Positions 1 through 14,989 of a stretch of 64,000 bases of DNA are shown one piece after another. The stretch comes from Eledone cirrhosa (lineage: Eukaryota): positions 14,570,001 to 14,634,000 of the forward strand of contig OZ024765.1 of the NCBI GenBank assembly GCA_964016885.1, in the 5' to 3' direction. Below the pieces are notes generated by a model. The model had not been told where the DNA came from. It ran no database searches and was given only the letters and a program-made list of their open reading frames with translations. Both the position numbers and the translations under genes were made by a program. Position 1 is the first letter of the stretch. Each line of letters starts with the position of its first letter.

Positions 1-47
1 TGTTGAAACCGATATTGTTATACTTTGGGAGGGTCATGTTGCCAATA

Positions 48-140
48 AGACAAATCACAGAGGCAATAAACATAAAAGAATTACAACCAAATTTAAATAG
101 AAAATATGAGTGGAACAGCAACATCACAACTTACAATTAA
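48..140 (+). pseudogene. C-terminal fragment of PLE GIY-YIG endonuclease
   Basis: Translates RQITEAINIKELQPNLNRKYEWNSNITTYN*, matching the EAxxI....PxLN end motif of GIY-YIG domains. Confidence 0.75.
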
Positions 141-349
141 GGACAAAATGAAAACACACACACACACACACACACATAGAACAAACAACCAACCGGTAAC
201 ATGTAAATAAACAAATAAATAAACAAATATAAACACACACAGACACCCGGATGTGGCGCATGCGCAGACTGAGCACACAACACACACACACACAGAAACA
301 AAATGGCGTAGGACAGAACAAAGGAGAGGCACAAAAACAAAGAAAAGAA

Positions 350-390
350 TCACTGAAGAGGTCACAGAATGTGTGACGAAAGAACTTTGA
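350..390 (+). ncRNA. Minimal type I hammerhead motif (family A)
   Basis: TCA-CTGAAGA-G-GTCACA/TGTGAC-GAAA-GAAC-TT^TGA. Confidence 0.65.
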
Positions 391-537
391 CAATATATAA
401 ACAACTATCTGGTTGTGGAACCAACCAACCAACCAGAAATTTATAAATTCCTAAATTTATAAATTTATTATAATAAATTGAAGTGAAAGCAACTGGTGCT
501 TGTGTTTCTTATTGGCAACATGACCCTCCCAAAGTAT

Positions 538-579
<42 letters not shown>

Positions 580-616
580 ATCTATCTACCTACCTACCAG
601 CCTACCTATCTATCAA

Positions 617-1093
617 AAACGAAAGAGAGGCGGTTTTCCTCTGTACGGTGGCTATGGTGAAAGAGATTGTATGGTGGACGAGATTGAGAGGACTGAGGAC
701 AGATGCCTTTCTCTCCGGACAACAACTCATTCCCTTCTTTTTTAGGTACCACTTTAGAAGGAGAAACAGAGTGGAGAGAGAGAGAGAGGCACTGCGCCCC
801 AGTAAATTTACTGAAAGGTGGGTGAATGTAGCAAAAGTTGCCCGAGTGATTGGGCCTTCTCTGTATATAAACTTGTAGGTTAAAGATGAGAACAAAAGGA
901 AGAAAGGAGCACTTGCACAACACGCTCATGGAGTTGATGGTTGTTCTATCGACGGGGCATTAAACAACCCATTCGTTGCGCCTCCCCCCTATTGGGGATT
1001 TCGATTGATGAATTTGTTTGTTTCAATATTTTTACACGATTGTCTTTGTATTGACCCCTTTTCTTGTGCGCCCTTGTGGCAAATAAAGAAAGA
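617..1093 (+). mobile_element. 5'-truncated Tx1/L1-like LINE 3' end
   Basis: Peptide AMVKEIVWWTRLR...FTERW resembles a Tx1 ORF2 C-terminus. AATAAA at about 1082. Candidate TSD TATCTATCAA at 607-616 and 1094-1103. Confidence 0.6.
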
Positions 1094-1357
1094 TATCTAT
1101 CAACCTACCTAGCTACTAACCTACTTGCCAGCCTCCCTACCTATCTATAGAGCTCGAATCTAAATACATTTATCTTTTACGCTTGAGTGATAATGATGGT
1201 GACGGGATTGCTATTGGCAACAATGACGATTGAGATGCCTCTTATACACTTGATGATGATGATAATGAGGAGGAAGGGGAGGAAGTAGGGGAGGGTGGGA
1301 AGGGGATGGCTTAGTAGCGGTTGCTCTGTTGATGGTGAAAGTGTTAATCTATTAAAT

Positions 1358-1359
<2 letters not shown>

Positions 1360-1391
<32 letters not shown>

Positions 1392-1554
1392 TGTATGTAT
1401 GTATGTATGTATGTATGTATGTGTGTATGTATGTAAATATATGTATGTATATATGTAAATATATGTATGTAAGTATGTATGTATGTAAGTATGTATGTAT
1501 GTATGTATGTATGTATGTGTGTATGTATGTAAATATATGTATATATGTATGTAA

Positions 1555-1586
<32 letters not shown>

Positions 1587-1839
1587 GTGTATGTATGTAT
1601 GTAAATATAAATATATATGTGAATGTATGTATAAAAATATGTATGTATGTGTGTATGCATGCATGTATGTATGTGTTTATGTATGTGTGTATGAATAGAT
1701 GTATATATGTATGTATGTTTGTATCTATGTGTGTGTGTATGTATAATGTGTTTATGTATGTATATGAGCATCTATATAATATAGATCGATATGAGTATCT
1801 AATACACAGAGACAAATATATATATATAAACAGACACAC

Positions 1840-1912
<73 letters not shown>

Positions 1913-2045
1913 ACTTATATATAGTGTATGTTAGTGATCTGAATCGGTGAATGTAAAGGAAACATTGTCGCTTTCTTAAATATGTATATATAAATACATT
2001 CAAGTTTCGTTTACATTCACCAAATCACATCCAATATATATATGT

Positions 2046-2086
<41 letters not shown>

Positions 2087-2218
2087 CTATAAATATTATA
2101 TATGTATATATATGTTATATATATATATTATATATATATATATATGTTGTATATATATATATATATGTTGTATATATATATTATATATGTTGTATATATA
2201 TATTATATATATATGTTG

Positions 2219-2293
<75 letters not shown>

Positions 2294-2452
2294 ATATATA
2301 TACACATGTACATATTTAATATATGTTCTTTATGATATATATTCAAAAGAGATTATTTCTTAGATATTTCCTGTTCAATTGTGCAGTGAATTCTTCAGGT
2401 TTCTCACCTTTATGTATGCATATATATGCATATATATGCATATATATATATA

Positions 2453-2509
<57 letters not shown>

Positions 2510-2640
2510 CATATATATATATAATATACATATATATATGTATATATATATATATAATATACATATATATATATATATATAATATATATACATATATATA
2601 TATATATAATATATATACATATATATATATATATATAATC

Positions 2641-2689
<49 letters not shown>

Positions 2690-3404
2690 CATATATATAT
2701 ATATATAATATATATACATATATATATATAATATACATATATATATATATATATAATATATATATATATATAATATATATACATATATATATATAATATA
2801 CATATATATATAATATATATACATATATATATATATATAATATATATACATATATATATATAATATACATATATATATATATATATAATATATATATATA
2901 TATAATATATATACATATATATATATATAATATACATATATATATAATATATATACATATATATATATATAATATACATATATATATATATAATATACAT
3001 ATAATATATATATATAATATATATACATATAATATATATATATATATAATATATATACATATATATATATATAATATACATATATATATATAATATATAT
3101 ACATATATATATATAATATATATACATATAATATATATATATAATATATATACATATAATATATATATATATAATATACGTATATAATATATATACATAT
3201 AATATATATATATATAATATACGTATATATATAATATATATAATATACATATATAATATATATAATATACATATATAATATATATAATATACATATATAA
3301 TATATATAATATATATATATAATATATATAATATATATATATATAATATACATATATATATATAATATATATATATATAATATACATATATATAATATAT
3401 ATAC

Positions 3405-3453
<49 letters not shown>

Positions 3454-3610
3454 CATATATAATATATATAATATACATATATAATATATATAATATACAT
3501 ATATAATATATATAATATATATATATAATATATATAATATATATATATATAATATACATATATATATATAATATATATATATATAATATACATATATATA
3601 ATATATATAC

Positions 3611-3659
<49 letters not shown>

Positions 3660-3662
3660 TAC

Positions 3663-3701
<39 letters not shown>

Positions 3702-3957
3702 TATATATATAATATATATATATATATAATATATATAATATATATATATGTATATATAATATACATATATATATATATATAATATATATATATATATAAT
3801 ATATATATAATATATATATATATAATATATATATATATATATTACATATATATATATATATAATATATATATATATAATATACATACATATATATATATA
3901 TAATATATATATATATAATATACATACATATATATATATATAATATATATATATATA

Positions 3958-3988
<31 letters not shown>

Positions 3989-4295
3989 ATATACATATAT
4001 ATAATATACATATATATATATATAATATACATATATATAATATATATATATATATGTATATTATATATATATATGTATATTATATATATATATATATGTA
4101 TATTATATATATATATATAATATACATATATATATATAATATACATATATATATATATATAATATACATATAATATATATATATAATATATATATATATA
4201 ATATACATATATATATATATAATATACATATATATATATAATATACATATATATATATATATATAATATACATATAATATATATATATAATATAG

Positions 4296-4342
<47 letters not shown>

Positions 4343-4407
4343 TATATATAATATACATATATATAATATCTATATATATATAATATACATATATATAATA
4401 TAGATAT

Positions 4408-4458
<51 letters not shown>

Positions 4459-4481
4459 ATATATATATATATATATATATG

Positions 4482-4522
<41 letters not shown>

Positions 4523-4527
4523 ATATA
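1360..4527. repeat. Compound (TATG)n/(TA)n microsatellite field
   Basis: Direct reading; only two short unique islands. Confidence 0.95.
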
Positions 4528-4532
4528 AGCTT

Positions 4533-5158
4533 CGATTTGACTAAGCTTCCACTTGTATCATTTTCTCCTAGATTTAATAATTAACTGATTAATTTAATTA
4601 GACAATTCTGTTGATTGGTTAATTATTTGTATTGGTTTAATAACATCTGGTTGCGAGCTTTTATTCAGAATGTTAGCGGAAATTAGAATATTTCCTTTGT
4701 TAACACTTTGAATATACCCGCCAAAATTGGGGGTCGCCACCCTTGCTGGAAATAACCCGTGACAACTAAATGTACTGTGGCTCGCTTATAGCAGCAGCAT
4801 TTAGCTGTCCACTCCGGTTATTTGACACAACGGGATACCTGTTGATGAAATGAATCCTCTGTTCGATCATGGAATACCACGACCGTGCCTGTTACGTAAG
4901 TTGGATATTTGATTTCGGATTCATAGAAACAATTTAGACGTATATAGTTTGATTTGTCCGGGTGTATCTTTTTAACCTGTTAGTTTTTTCGTTACTTTGG
5001 TATTGTGTGTTAGGTTTTGCCTACCACAATGTTCAATTTGTCAAGCTATTTAAACGTATAAGGACCTACCCGTATTGAGTGCTTTGCTAACTCATTCATA
5101 TTGTAGGTCGACTTTGCTTGCCCACAGCCAAAGATCCGATTTGACTAAGCTTCCACTT
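4533..5158 (+). mobile_element. 604-bp unit with 22-bp terminal direct repeat and HHR-like motif (PLE/retrozyme-like)
   Basis: CGATTTGACTAAGCTTCCACTT at 4533-4554 and 5137-5158. TTGATGAA-ATGAATCC(4850-57)...GGATTCAT(4917-24)-A-GAAAC. Confidence 0.6.
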
Positions 5159-5174
5159 ATATATATATATATAT

Positions 5175-5211
<37 letters not shown>

Positions 5212-5236
5212 ATATATATGTATATATATTATATAT

Positions 5237-5275
<39 letters not shown>

Positions 5276-5624
5276 TGTATATATATTATATATATATATT
5301 ATATATATAATATATATATGTAATATATATGTATATATATATATTATATATATATATTATATATATAATATATATATGTAATATATATGTATACATATTA
5401 TATATATATATTATATATATAATATATATATATATATATGTAATATATATGTATATACATTATATATATATATTATATATATAATATATATATATATATG
5501 TAATATATATATATATATATTATATATATATATATATATGTAATATATATGTATATATATTATATATATATATTATATATGTAATACATATGTATATATA
5601 TTATATATATATATTATATATATA

Positions 5625-5655
<31 letters not shown>

Positions 5656-6034
5656 GTAATATATATGTATATAAATATATTATATATATAATATATATAT
5701 ATATATTATATATATATATGTAGTATATATGTATATATATTATATATATATATTATATATATAATATATGTATATATATTATATATATATATGTAGTATA
5801 TATGTATATATATTATATATATATATATTATATATATAATATATATATATATATTATATATATATATGTAGTATATATGTATATATATTATATATATATA
5901 TAATATATATAATATATATATATATATTATATATATATATGTAGTATATATGTATATATATTATATATATATATTATATATATAATATATATATATATAT
6001 TATATATATATATTATATATATAATATATATATA

Positions 6035-6066
<32 letters not shown>

Positions 6067-6484
6067 CTTATATATATATATTATATATATAATATATATA
6101 TATTTTATATATATAATATATATATATTATATATATATATTATATATATAATATATATATATATATTATAATATATAATATATATATATTATATATAATA
6201 TATATATATATATATTATATATATAATATATATATATATTATATATATATATATTATATATATATTATATATATATATATATATTATATATATAATATAT
6301 ATATATATATGTATATATATATATTATATATATAATATATATATATTTATAATATATATATATATATATATAATATATATATATATTTATATATAATATA
6401 TATATATGTTTATATATAATATATATATATATATTTATAATATATATATATATATTTATAATATATATATATATATTATATATA

Positions 6485-6525
<41 letters not shown>

Positions 6526-6584
6526 TATATATAATATATATATATATATTTATAATATATATATATATATATATATATACATAT

Positions 6585-6616
<32 letters not shown>

Positions 6617-6759
6617 TTATAATATATATATATATATACATATTATATATATTATATATATATTTATAATATATATATTCATATATTTATAACACATACA
6701 TGCATACATACATACAAACATACACATACACACATATATCTATATCTATATATATATAT
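5159..6759. repeat. Degenerate (TA)n tract
   Basis: Direct reading. Confidence 0.95.
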
Positions 6760-7040
6760 TGTTATTCTTTGGGAGGGTCATGTTGCCAATAAGAAACACA
6801 CGCACCAGTTGCTTTCACTTTAATTTATTATAAATTAAATTAAAATTAATAAATTTAGGAATTTATAAATTTCCGGTTGGCTGGTTGGTTCCACAACCAG
6901 ACGATTGTTCATATATTGTCAAAGTTCTTTCCTCACACATTCTGTGACCTCTTCAGAGCCTGGGGATTATTTTCTTTGTTTTTGTGCCTCTCCTTTGTTC
7001 TGTCCTACGCCATCTTGTTTTTTTCAAATTCAGCAACGAA
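6760..7040 (-). mobile_element. PLE family A copy
   Basis: Reverse complement of about 300-542, including the HHR (stem II C>G change). Confidence 0.8.
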
Positions 7041-7212
7041 ATATATATATACATTTATATACATATAAATATATATATATAATAATATATATATGTATAA
7101 ATATATATATACAATAATATATATATATATAAATATATATATACATACTTTAATACAGTCATATACATAGATACACACATAGAAATACATACATAAAAAC
7201 ACATCTATACAT

Positions 7213-7256
<44 letters not shown>

Positions 7257-7299
7257 TACACACACAGACACATCCACATATATACATGTATATACATAT

Positions 7300-7500
<201 letters not shown>

Positions 7501-7878
7501 CACACACAACATTCAACAGTATATATGCTATGTACTTTTAAAACATTTCAGGCAACGTAGAAAGAAAAACAAATATGCCTAAAAGATAACAACAGCAACA
7601 CTAACAAAAACAACAACAACAACACACACAATAAAATATATACAATGATAGCACGGGGTGTTTGTGGATGGTGTGGTGTAAGACGCTGGCTACGTATCAA
7701 TGCGATGACAGCTCCTCCTGTGCTCACTAGTTTCTGTGTTTTGATTTCCACATATATAGCTGTTTTTATTTTGGACATTATTGAAGTTTTAACAAGTCAA
7801 AGACGCCATGATAATATCTGCTAGACATTCTTTGACACCTCTAGAATGTCATCAAAGTTTCTATGACGCCGGATATAT

Positions 7879-7928
<50 letters not shown>

Positions 7929-7931
<3 letters not shown>

Positions 7932-8109
7932 CGAAGGAAATGTGGTAAGGAACCAGGTGGACCATAACGCACCAAAGTACTCAATACTTGGGGTAGTAGA
8001 GTGGGTAATAGGAACCGGTAAGACCCCGACGGCTGAGCTCAAGCCGTTTCGACGGCTCAGAATTAGCCGTCGAAACGGCTTGAGCTCAGCCGTCGGGATC
8101 TTACCGGTT

Positions 8110-8113
<4 letters not shown>
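7929..8113 (-). mobile_element. Family B fold-back element
   Basis: Arms about 8008-8057 and 8065-8113. GAAACGGCT-TGAGCTC-AGCCGTC is an HHR 3' half. Repeated at least 7 more times in the window. Confidence 0.8.
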
Positions 8114-8145
<32 letters not shown>

Positions 8146-8179
8146 TATATATAAAAATATAGTAATATGTATATACAAA

Positions 8180-9198
8180 ATAAGTTGATGGGACTAGCAT
8201 GGGTTTCACTGCAAGGACCAGTTGCATCTCAGCGAACTCAATAGGTAATGTTAAATAAACTCCCAGAGTAGACACATAGTTGTTCACACACACACATATA
8301 TATATATAATAAGGAGTTGAGGGACCCACCATATTTATCAATGCCAGGACCCGTTTATCTCAGCGTACTCAATAGGCAATGTAAGATACATTACCAGAGT
8401 ATACACATAGTTATTCGCTTCAATACAACCCACGTAAAACGGTTGCTTTTAATAGTTCTCGGCCTCGAGTTTCGGCCACACTTAATGCAGCAGTAAGGTG
8501 CACTGCACCCTCTGTCTACATATATTATGCAACAATGCACAATCGGCGTATGCGGCTTCATCAGCGGATAACGCCTAATCAATAATCAATCGATCGACAG
8601 AATCCCAAACCCAGCTCATACCGGCTATGACTGTTTGTGACAGCCGACACGGTAAAGTGATTAGCAACTGGAATCTGATACAATTCTGTCCCTCGACTAG
8701 CCACTGATTTACAAACTTTACGTGGTAGCGGGAGAATAGAAAACCAATCTTTTCGTTCCCGTCAAAAGCGCACAGCCAACGTGTCTCAAACACAAATTAA
8801 TAAGAGGTGAAATGTTGGTTATTATAAATAGCAGTCCCGCATCGATGTATAATAGAATGGTAGCATTCGGCTCATGTCTCCAAGTCGCATGGCTAGAGGA
8901 AAGCGATAGTAACAATGGTAGTGCCAAGAACCTTTAACAGATATTACATGCCATTATCCATTATAGAATGATATTGAAGCGAGCTGGAATGCGGCAGCCG
9001 CGTGCGTAAGCCAGTCTATTTCACAACTTAAAAGAGTGAGAGATAAAATTAATAGCAGGAATTAGAGCGCATATCAAAACAAAAACACATTAAAAAAAGT
9101 GAAAATTTGTTTAACTTACTCTCATTAGACAGATAGTTGGGAGATAATAATAATAAGGAGTTGACGCCCAGCATATTTATGAATGCTAGGACCTGTTA
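8180..9198 (-). mobile_element. Family K PLE-derived partial tandem with HHR-like motif (8459-8567) and intron-like segment (9027-9119)
   Basis: Tail repeated at 8306 and 9150 (related tail at 8180). CTGATGAA-GCCGCA...TGTGGC-C-GAAA-CTCGAG. GTAAGT...TCTCTCACTCTTTTAAG. Confidence 0.65.
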
Positions 9199-9199
9199 A

Positions 9200-9364
9200 C
9201 GTATATGTATGTGTATATATATGTATGTAAAAGGTAAACAGAAATAACAACACAATCGGTACAGTATATGGAAGAAATATATTAGGTTAACGCTTGAAAT
9301 AGCAGGAAGAGGGTCTTAACATTTCGGACGCTAGTCCTTCATCAAAGAAACAATGAGAAATATT

Positions 9365-9365
<1 letters not shown>
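9200..9365 (-). mobile_element. Family E HHR element
   Basis: TGATGAA-GGAC-TAGC-GTCC-GAAATGTT^AAGA at 9314-9349. Copies at 33598 and 44485. Confidence 0.75.
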
Positions 9366-9422
<57 letters not shown>

Positions 9423-9550
9423 TTATATATATCTATAAACATATATATATATATATATATAAACATATAGATATATATGTAAACATATAGATATATATGT
9501 AAACATATATATATATATATATAAACATATATATATACATATATATATAG

Positions 9551-9647
<97 letters not shown>

Positions 9648-9666
9648 AACATATATATATATAAAC

Positions 9667-9755
<89 letters not shown>

Positions 9756-9762
9756 CACACAT

Positions 9763-9879
<117 letters not shown>

Positions 9880-9991
9880 ATTCACAAGAATCAAAGCTAT
9901 GTTCAAAGCATTTATTCACTTACAATTGTTTCATCCAAACCTAGACTTAGTTTTAATATATACATAACCATAAATAGTATCCTTAATATTA

Positions 9992-10065
<74 letters not shown>

Positions 10066-10124
10066 TATATATATATAAACATATATATATACAAATACAT
10101 ATATATATAAATACACACACACAC

Positions 10125-10155
<31 letters not shown>

Positions 10156-10207
10156 TATATAAACATATATATATATATATATATATAGGTTTATTATACT
10201 ATGATCA

Positions 10208-10280
<73 letters not shown>

Positions 10281-10284
<4 letters not shown>

Positions 10285-10416
10285 TTATTATACTATGATC
10301 ATTTCAATAACCGGGTTCAGTATGAATCCGGTGACATCATCAGGTATTTGAAATATAACAAAGGAATATAATAGACAAAATCCATGGAGCTGAACATCAG
10401 AGACATGAGGGCGACC

Positions 10417-10420
<4 letters not shown>
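10281..10420 (-). mobile_element. Family G element with intact HHR (10290-10347)
   Basis: ATAC-CTGATGA-stem II ACCGG/CCGGT-GAAA-TGATCA-TA^GTAT, then AATAAA. Confidence 0.8.
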
Positions 10421-10449
<29 letters not shown>

Positions 10450-10509
10450 CATATACATATGCGTGTATATATATACATATGTATATATGTACACACACAC
10501 GCATATATA

Positions 10510-10725
10510 TATATACATGAATATATGTGTTAAAATTCACTTGAAATCTAATTTGAGGGGAATATAAGCTAGACAGACAACAGTCTCATTCATATAAGGT
10601 CCCTAACTGCAGTTTCATGAATTAAGAAAACATTAACAATTACTCCAATAAATTGAGACAACCAATATTGGAAGAACTTCCATCATCAGGGGATTCTTTG
10701 GAAGCAGACATTTTTTCAAAATATT
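10510..10725 (-). mobile_element. Family P element with HHR-like motif (10600-10693)
   Basis: TCCC-CTGATGA...long stem II...GAAA-CTGCAG-TT-AGGGA. Confidence 0.6.
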
Positions 10726-10799
10726 AAAGACCTATATAATAGATATATACACAAGACCTATATAATAGATATATACACACACACACACACACACACAGG

Positions 10800-10857
<58 letters not shown>

Positions 10858-11429
10858 CACACACACATATATATATAAATATATATACACACACACACAT
10901 ATATATATATATAAATATATATACATACAGATATATATATATACATACATATCTATATCTATACACACACACATACATGGGTGTGCATGTGTGTATAAAG
11001 ATATATATACCTACGTATACACACACACATATATATATATAATAATATATGTCTCTATCTTTCTCTCCCCCTATCTCTCTCTCTTTAGATATATATATGT
11101 ATATATATATACACATATATGTATATATATATATATATACACATATATGTGTGTGTGTATTATATATATATATATATATGTGTGTGTATTAAGATACATA
11201 TACGTACGCACATACGTTCGTACGTATATATATACACACGCACACACACACATATATCTATATATATGTGTGTGTGTGTGCGTGTGTATATATATACTTA
11301 CGAACGTATGTATTTACGTATATGGCTCTTAATACACACACACACACATATATATATGTATATAAATATATGTAGAGAGAGAGATAGGGGGAGAGAAAGA
11401 TAGAGAAATATATATATACGTATATATAT

Positions 11430-11537
<108 letters not shown>

Positions 11538-11560
11538 AATATATATATATATATATATAT

Positions 11561-11593
<33 letters not shown>

Positions 11594-11615
11594 AATATAT
11601 ATATATATATATATG

Positions 11616-11649
<34 letters not shown>

Positions 11650-11677
11650 AATATATATATATATATATATATATATT

Positions 11678-11718
<41 letters not shown>

Positions 11719-11720
11719 AA

Positions 11721-11773
<53 letters not shown>

Positions 11774-11798
11774 TATATATAAATATATATATATATAG

Positions 11799-11849
<51 letters not shown>

Positions 11850-11864
11850 TATATATATATATAG

Positions 11865-11905
<41 letters not shown>

Positions 11906-11944
11906 TATATATATATAGATATATATAAATATATATATATATAG

Positions 11945-12075
<131 letters not shown>

Positions 12076-12102
12076 AATATATATAAATATATATATATAT
12101 AT

Positions 12103-12195
12103 ACGATATTAAATATACTCCAAATACTTGTTGAGTGCTTTTATATCAGTTATAAATATTTACTAGTTGTAACCCAACAATTTAAATATAACTTT

Positions 12196-12282
<87 letters not shown>

Positions 12283-12756
12283 AATATATATGGAAAGTTA
12301 TATTTAAAATTGTTGGGTTACAACTAGTAAATATTTATAACTGATATAAAAGCACTCGACAAATATTTGGAGTATATTTACAATATTGAATAAATGGAAA
12401 ACTATATTTATAAAACCATATTTATTTCATTATATATATTTCGGGGATATCATATTAACAATATGCTATGCCTTCATCAGACAAAATACAATATAAACAG
12501 TTTTATAGACAAATAGGTTCGACATACCGTTATAACACCGACTTCATTTGAAGAGGTTTACTCTGGACAGCCAGAGTAAACCTCTTCAAATGAAGTCGGT
12601 GTTATAACGGTATGTCGAACCTATTTGTCTATAAAACCGTTTATATTGTATTTTGTCTGATGAAGGCATGGCATATTGTTAATATGATATCCCCGAAATA
12701 TATATAATGAAATAAATATGGTTTTATAAATATAGTTTTCCATTTATTTAATATTG

Positions 12757-12760
<4 letters not shown>
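12103..12760. mobile_element. Family D fold-back plus extra tail copy
   Basis: Hairpin loop at 12567-12570 with arms of about 185 bp. CTGATGAAGG...CCGAAATATATA at 12653-12707. 12103-12200 is an inverted copy of 12290-12385. Confidence 0.8.
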
Positions 12761-12788
<28 letters not shown>

Positions 12789-12789
12789 A

Positions 12790-12852
<63 letters not shown>

Positions 12853-13046
12853 GACCCTCCATCTCAACTCTACTTTTGAAAAGCAGAAGAACTGCGAAAC
12901 CGGTAAATGAACCAAATATATATGTATATTTAAAAAAAAATAAGACTCCAATTGCATTTTCGATTTCATCTTTTTTCTTTATACTTTCACTCGTGGAGGA
13001 CACCTCGGTTATTTTTCAATTTCTAAAAAAAACCTCACTTTCTAAT
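12853..13046 (+). mobile_element. Family F element with U3-A8 variant HHR (12873-12908)
   Basis: CTT-TTGAAAA-GCAG/CTGC-GAAA-CCGG-TA^AA. Copies at 47258 and 60850. Confidence 0.75.
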
Positions 13047-13168
13047 ATATATATAAATATATATATATATATATTTAAATATATATATAAATATATATAT
13101 ATTAATTTAAATATAAATATAAATATATATATATATTTAAATATATATATAAATATATATATATTTAA

Positions 13169-13200
<32 letters not shown>

Positions 13201-13337
13201 TTAAATATATATATATATAAATATATATATATATATTTAAATATAAGTATAAATATATATATATATATATTTAAATATATATATAAATATATATATATAT
13301 ATTTAAATATAAATATAAATATATATATATATATTTA

Positions 13338-13371
<34 letters not shown>

Positions 13372-13492
13372 CACATATATATATACACACATATATATAC
13401 ATATATATATATACATATATATATACTGATGAATGACTAATTTTTTTCATATGTAACCACGCACCACTCAAATCTTCTCATATTTTATATAA

Positions 13493-13525
<33 letters not shown>

Positions 13526-14025
13526 TACACACATATATATATATATACATACATAAACATATATATATACATATATATATATATATACATAAACAGATAT
13601 ATATATATACATATATATATATATGTATATATATATACATACATATATATATATTCATATTCGTATATATATGTGTGAGTGTGTGGATGTGTAGATACGT
13701 ATCTATGTTAGTATATATAGAGAAACATGCATGTATTACTTTGTAAGTATATATATATATGTATGAATGTATGTATATATTTATGTATATGTTATATATT
13801 ATGTATACATGTATCTATATGTATATACATATATATGCATGCATGTATATACGTAGGTATGTATATATATGTCTATTCATGTATGTTTTTGGCAGCAGCG
13901 TTTTCGTGAGAGATAGGAAGTCTGTTAGCACGCAAGAGCAGCCGTACCGGAAGTTTATTTCTTCCTATCTGACCTTTTAACCCCCACCCACCCTCTTTAA
14001 GACACCCCCTCACACACGCACTTCC

Positions 14026-14059
<34 letters not shown>

Positions 14060-14161
14060 CCTTACACACACTCACTTGTTACATTATTCCATGGAACTAA
14101 AAATAACAAAAAATCACAACTTAGGATATAAAAGTATTTACCGCTTAATATATATACATAC

Positions 14162-14198
<37 letters not shown>

Positions 14199-14310
14199 TA
14201 CATATATATATGTATATATATATATATATATACATACATATATATATGTATACATCTATGTATATATACATATACATATATATATATATATTCATATATA
14301 TATATATATA

Positions 14311-14480
14311 TTTGGGGAGGGTCATATTTGCGTAATATTGCCAGAATTAATAACAGAACACACTCACTGTTTGGTTGGTTTTCGCTTCTCGCTGTCTTTT
14401 ATATATATATATCTGCGATCTAACTTACTCGGTCCTCAATGTTGCCATTGACTGACCGGCGGTCAAAAATAATACAGATA
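14311..14480 (-). mobile_element. Family A2 (A-related tail)
   Basis: Shares the ATGACCCTCCC terminus with family A; reverse complement of 47560-47720. Confidence 0.6.
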
Positions 14481-14583
14481 CAATATAGACAAACACATAT
14501 ATATATAGTTTACATAAATCTTTCGTTGCACATCTGCAACATCTAAACATATAAACAATAATATATATATATAAATTTATAGT

Positions 14584-14655
<72 letters not shown>

Positions 14656-14989
14656 TTGTGTGTGTGTGTATGTGTAAACAAACACATTTATATAAACACA
14701 TACGCACATATTTATGTGTGTTTGTGTGTGAAACATCCGTGAAGACTTGTAGCTTAGGGGTAAGGGATCTGTGTCTCAAGATTGACAGCCCCTAAATTCC
14801 CTTCCTCGGGCTATTTATTTTAAGTTACTCCCATCAAATCAACTGGAAAATATTTTTGCCAGTTTTAATTTAAATATTCCAGCACTTGTTACAGTGTTTC
14901 ACGCTGAATCTCCCTCAGACCTACATAAAAAGGTGCACGTGCCATTGCAATGTTCAACCAGGCCTCACACACGTGAATTTCTCTATGAC

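Larger units (their letters stand above)
1..544 (+). mobile_element. Penelope-like element 3' end (family A) with inverted terminal segment
   Basis: About 13-50 is the reverse complement of 507-544. Contains a GIY-YIG C-terminal peptide, an HHR, and a tail ending in (TA)n. Confidence 0.8.

Noticed and set aside
7929-8113. Recurrent peptide [20 protein letters not shown]
   Set aside because: Antisense translation of the family B tail; copies have frameshifts.
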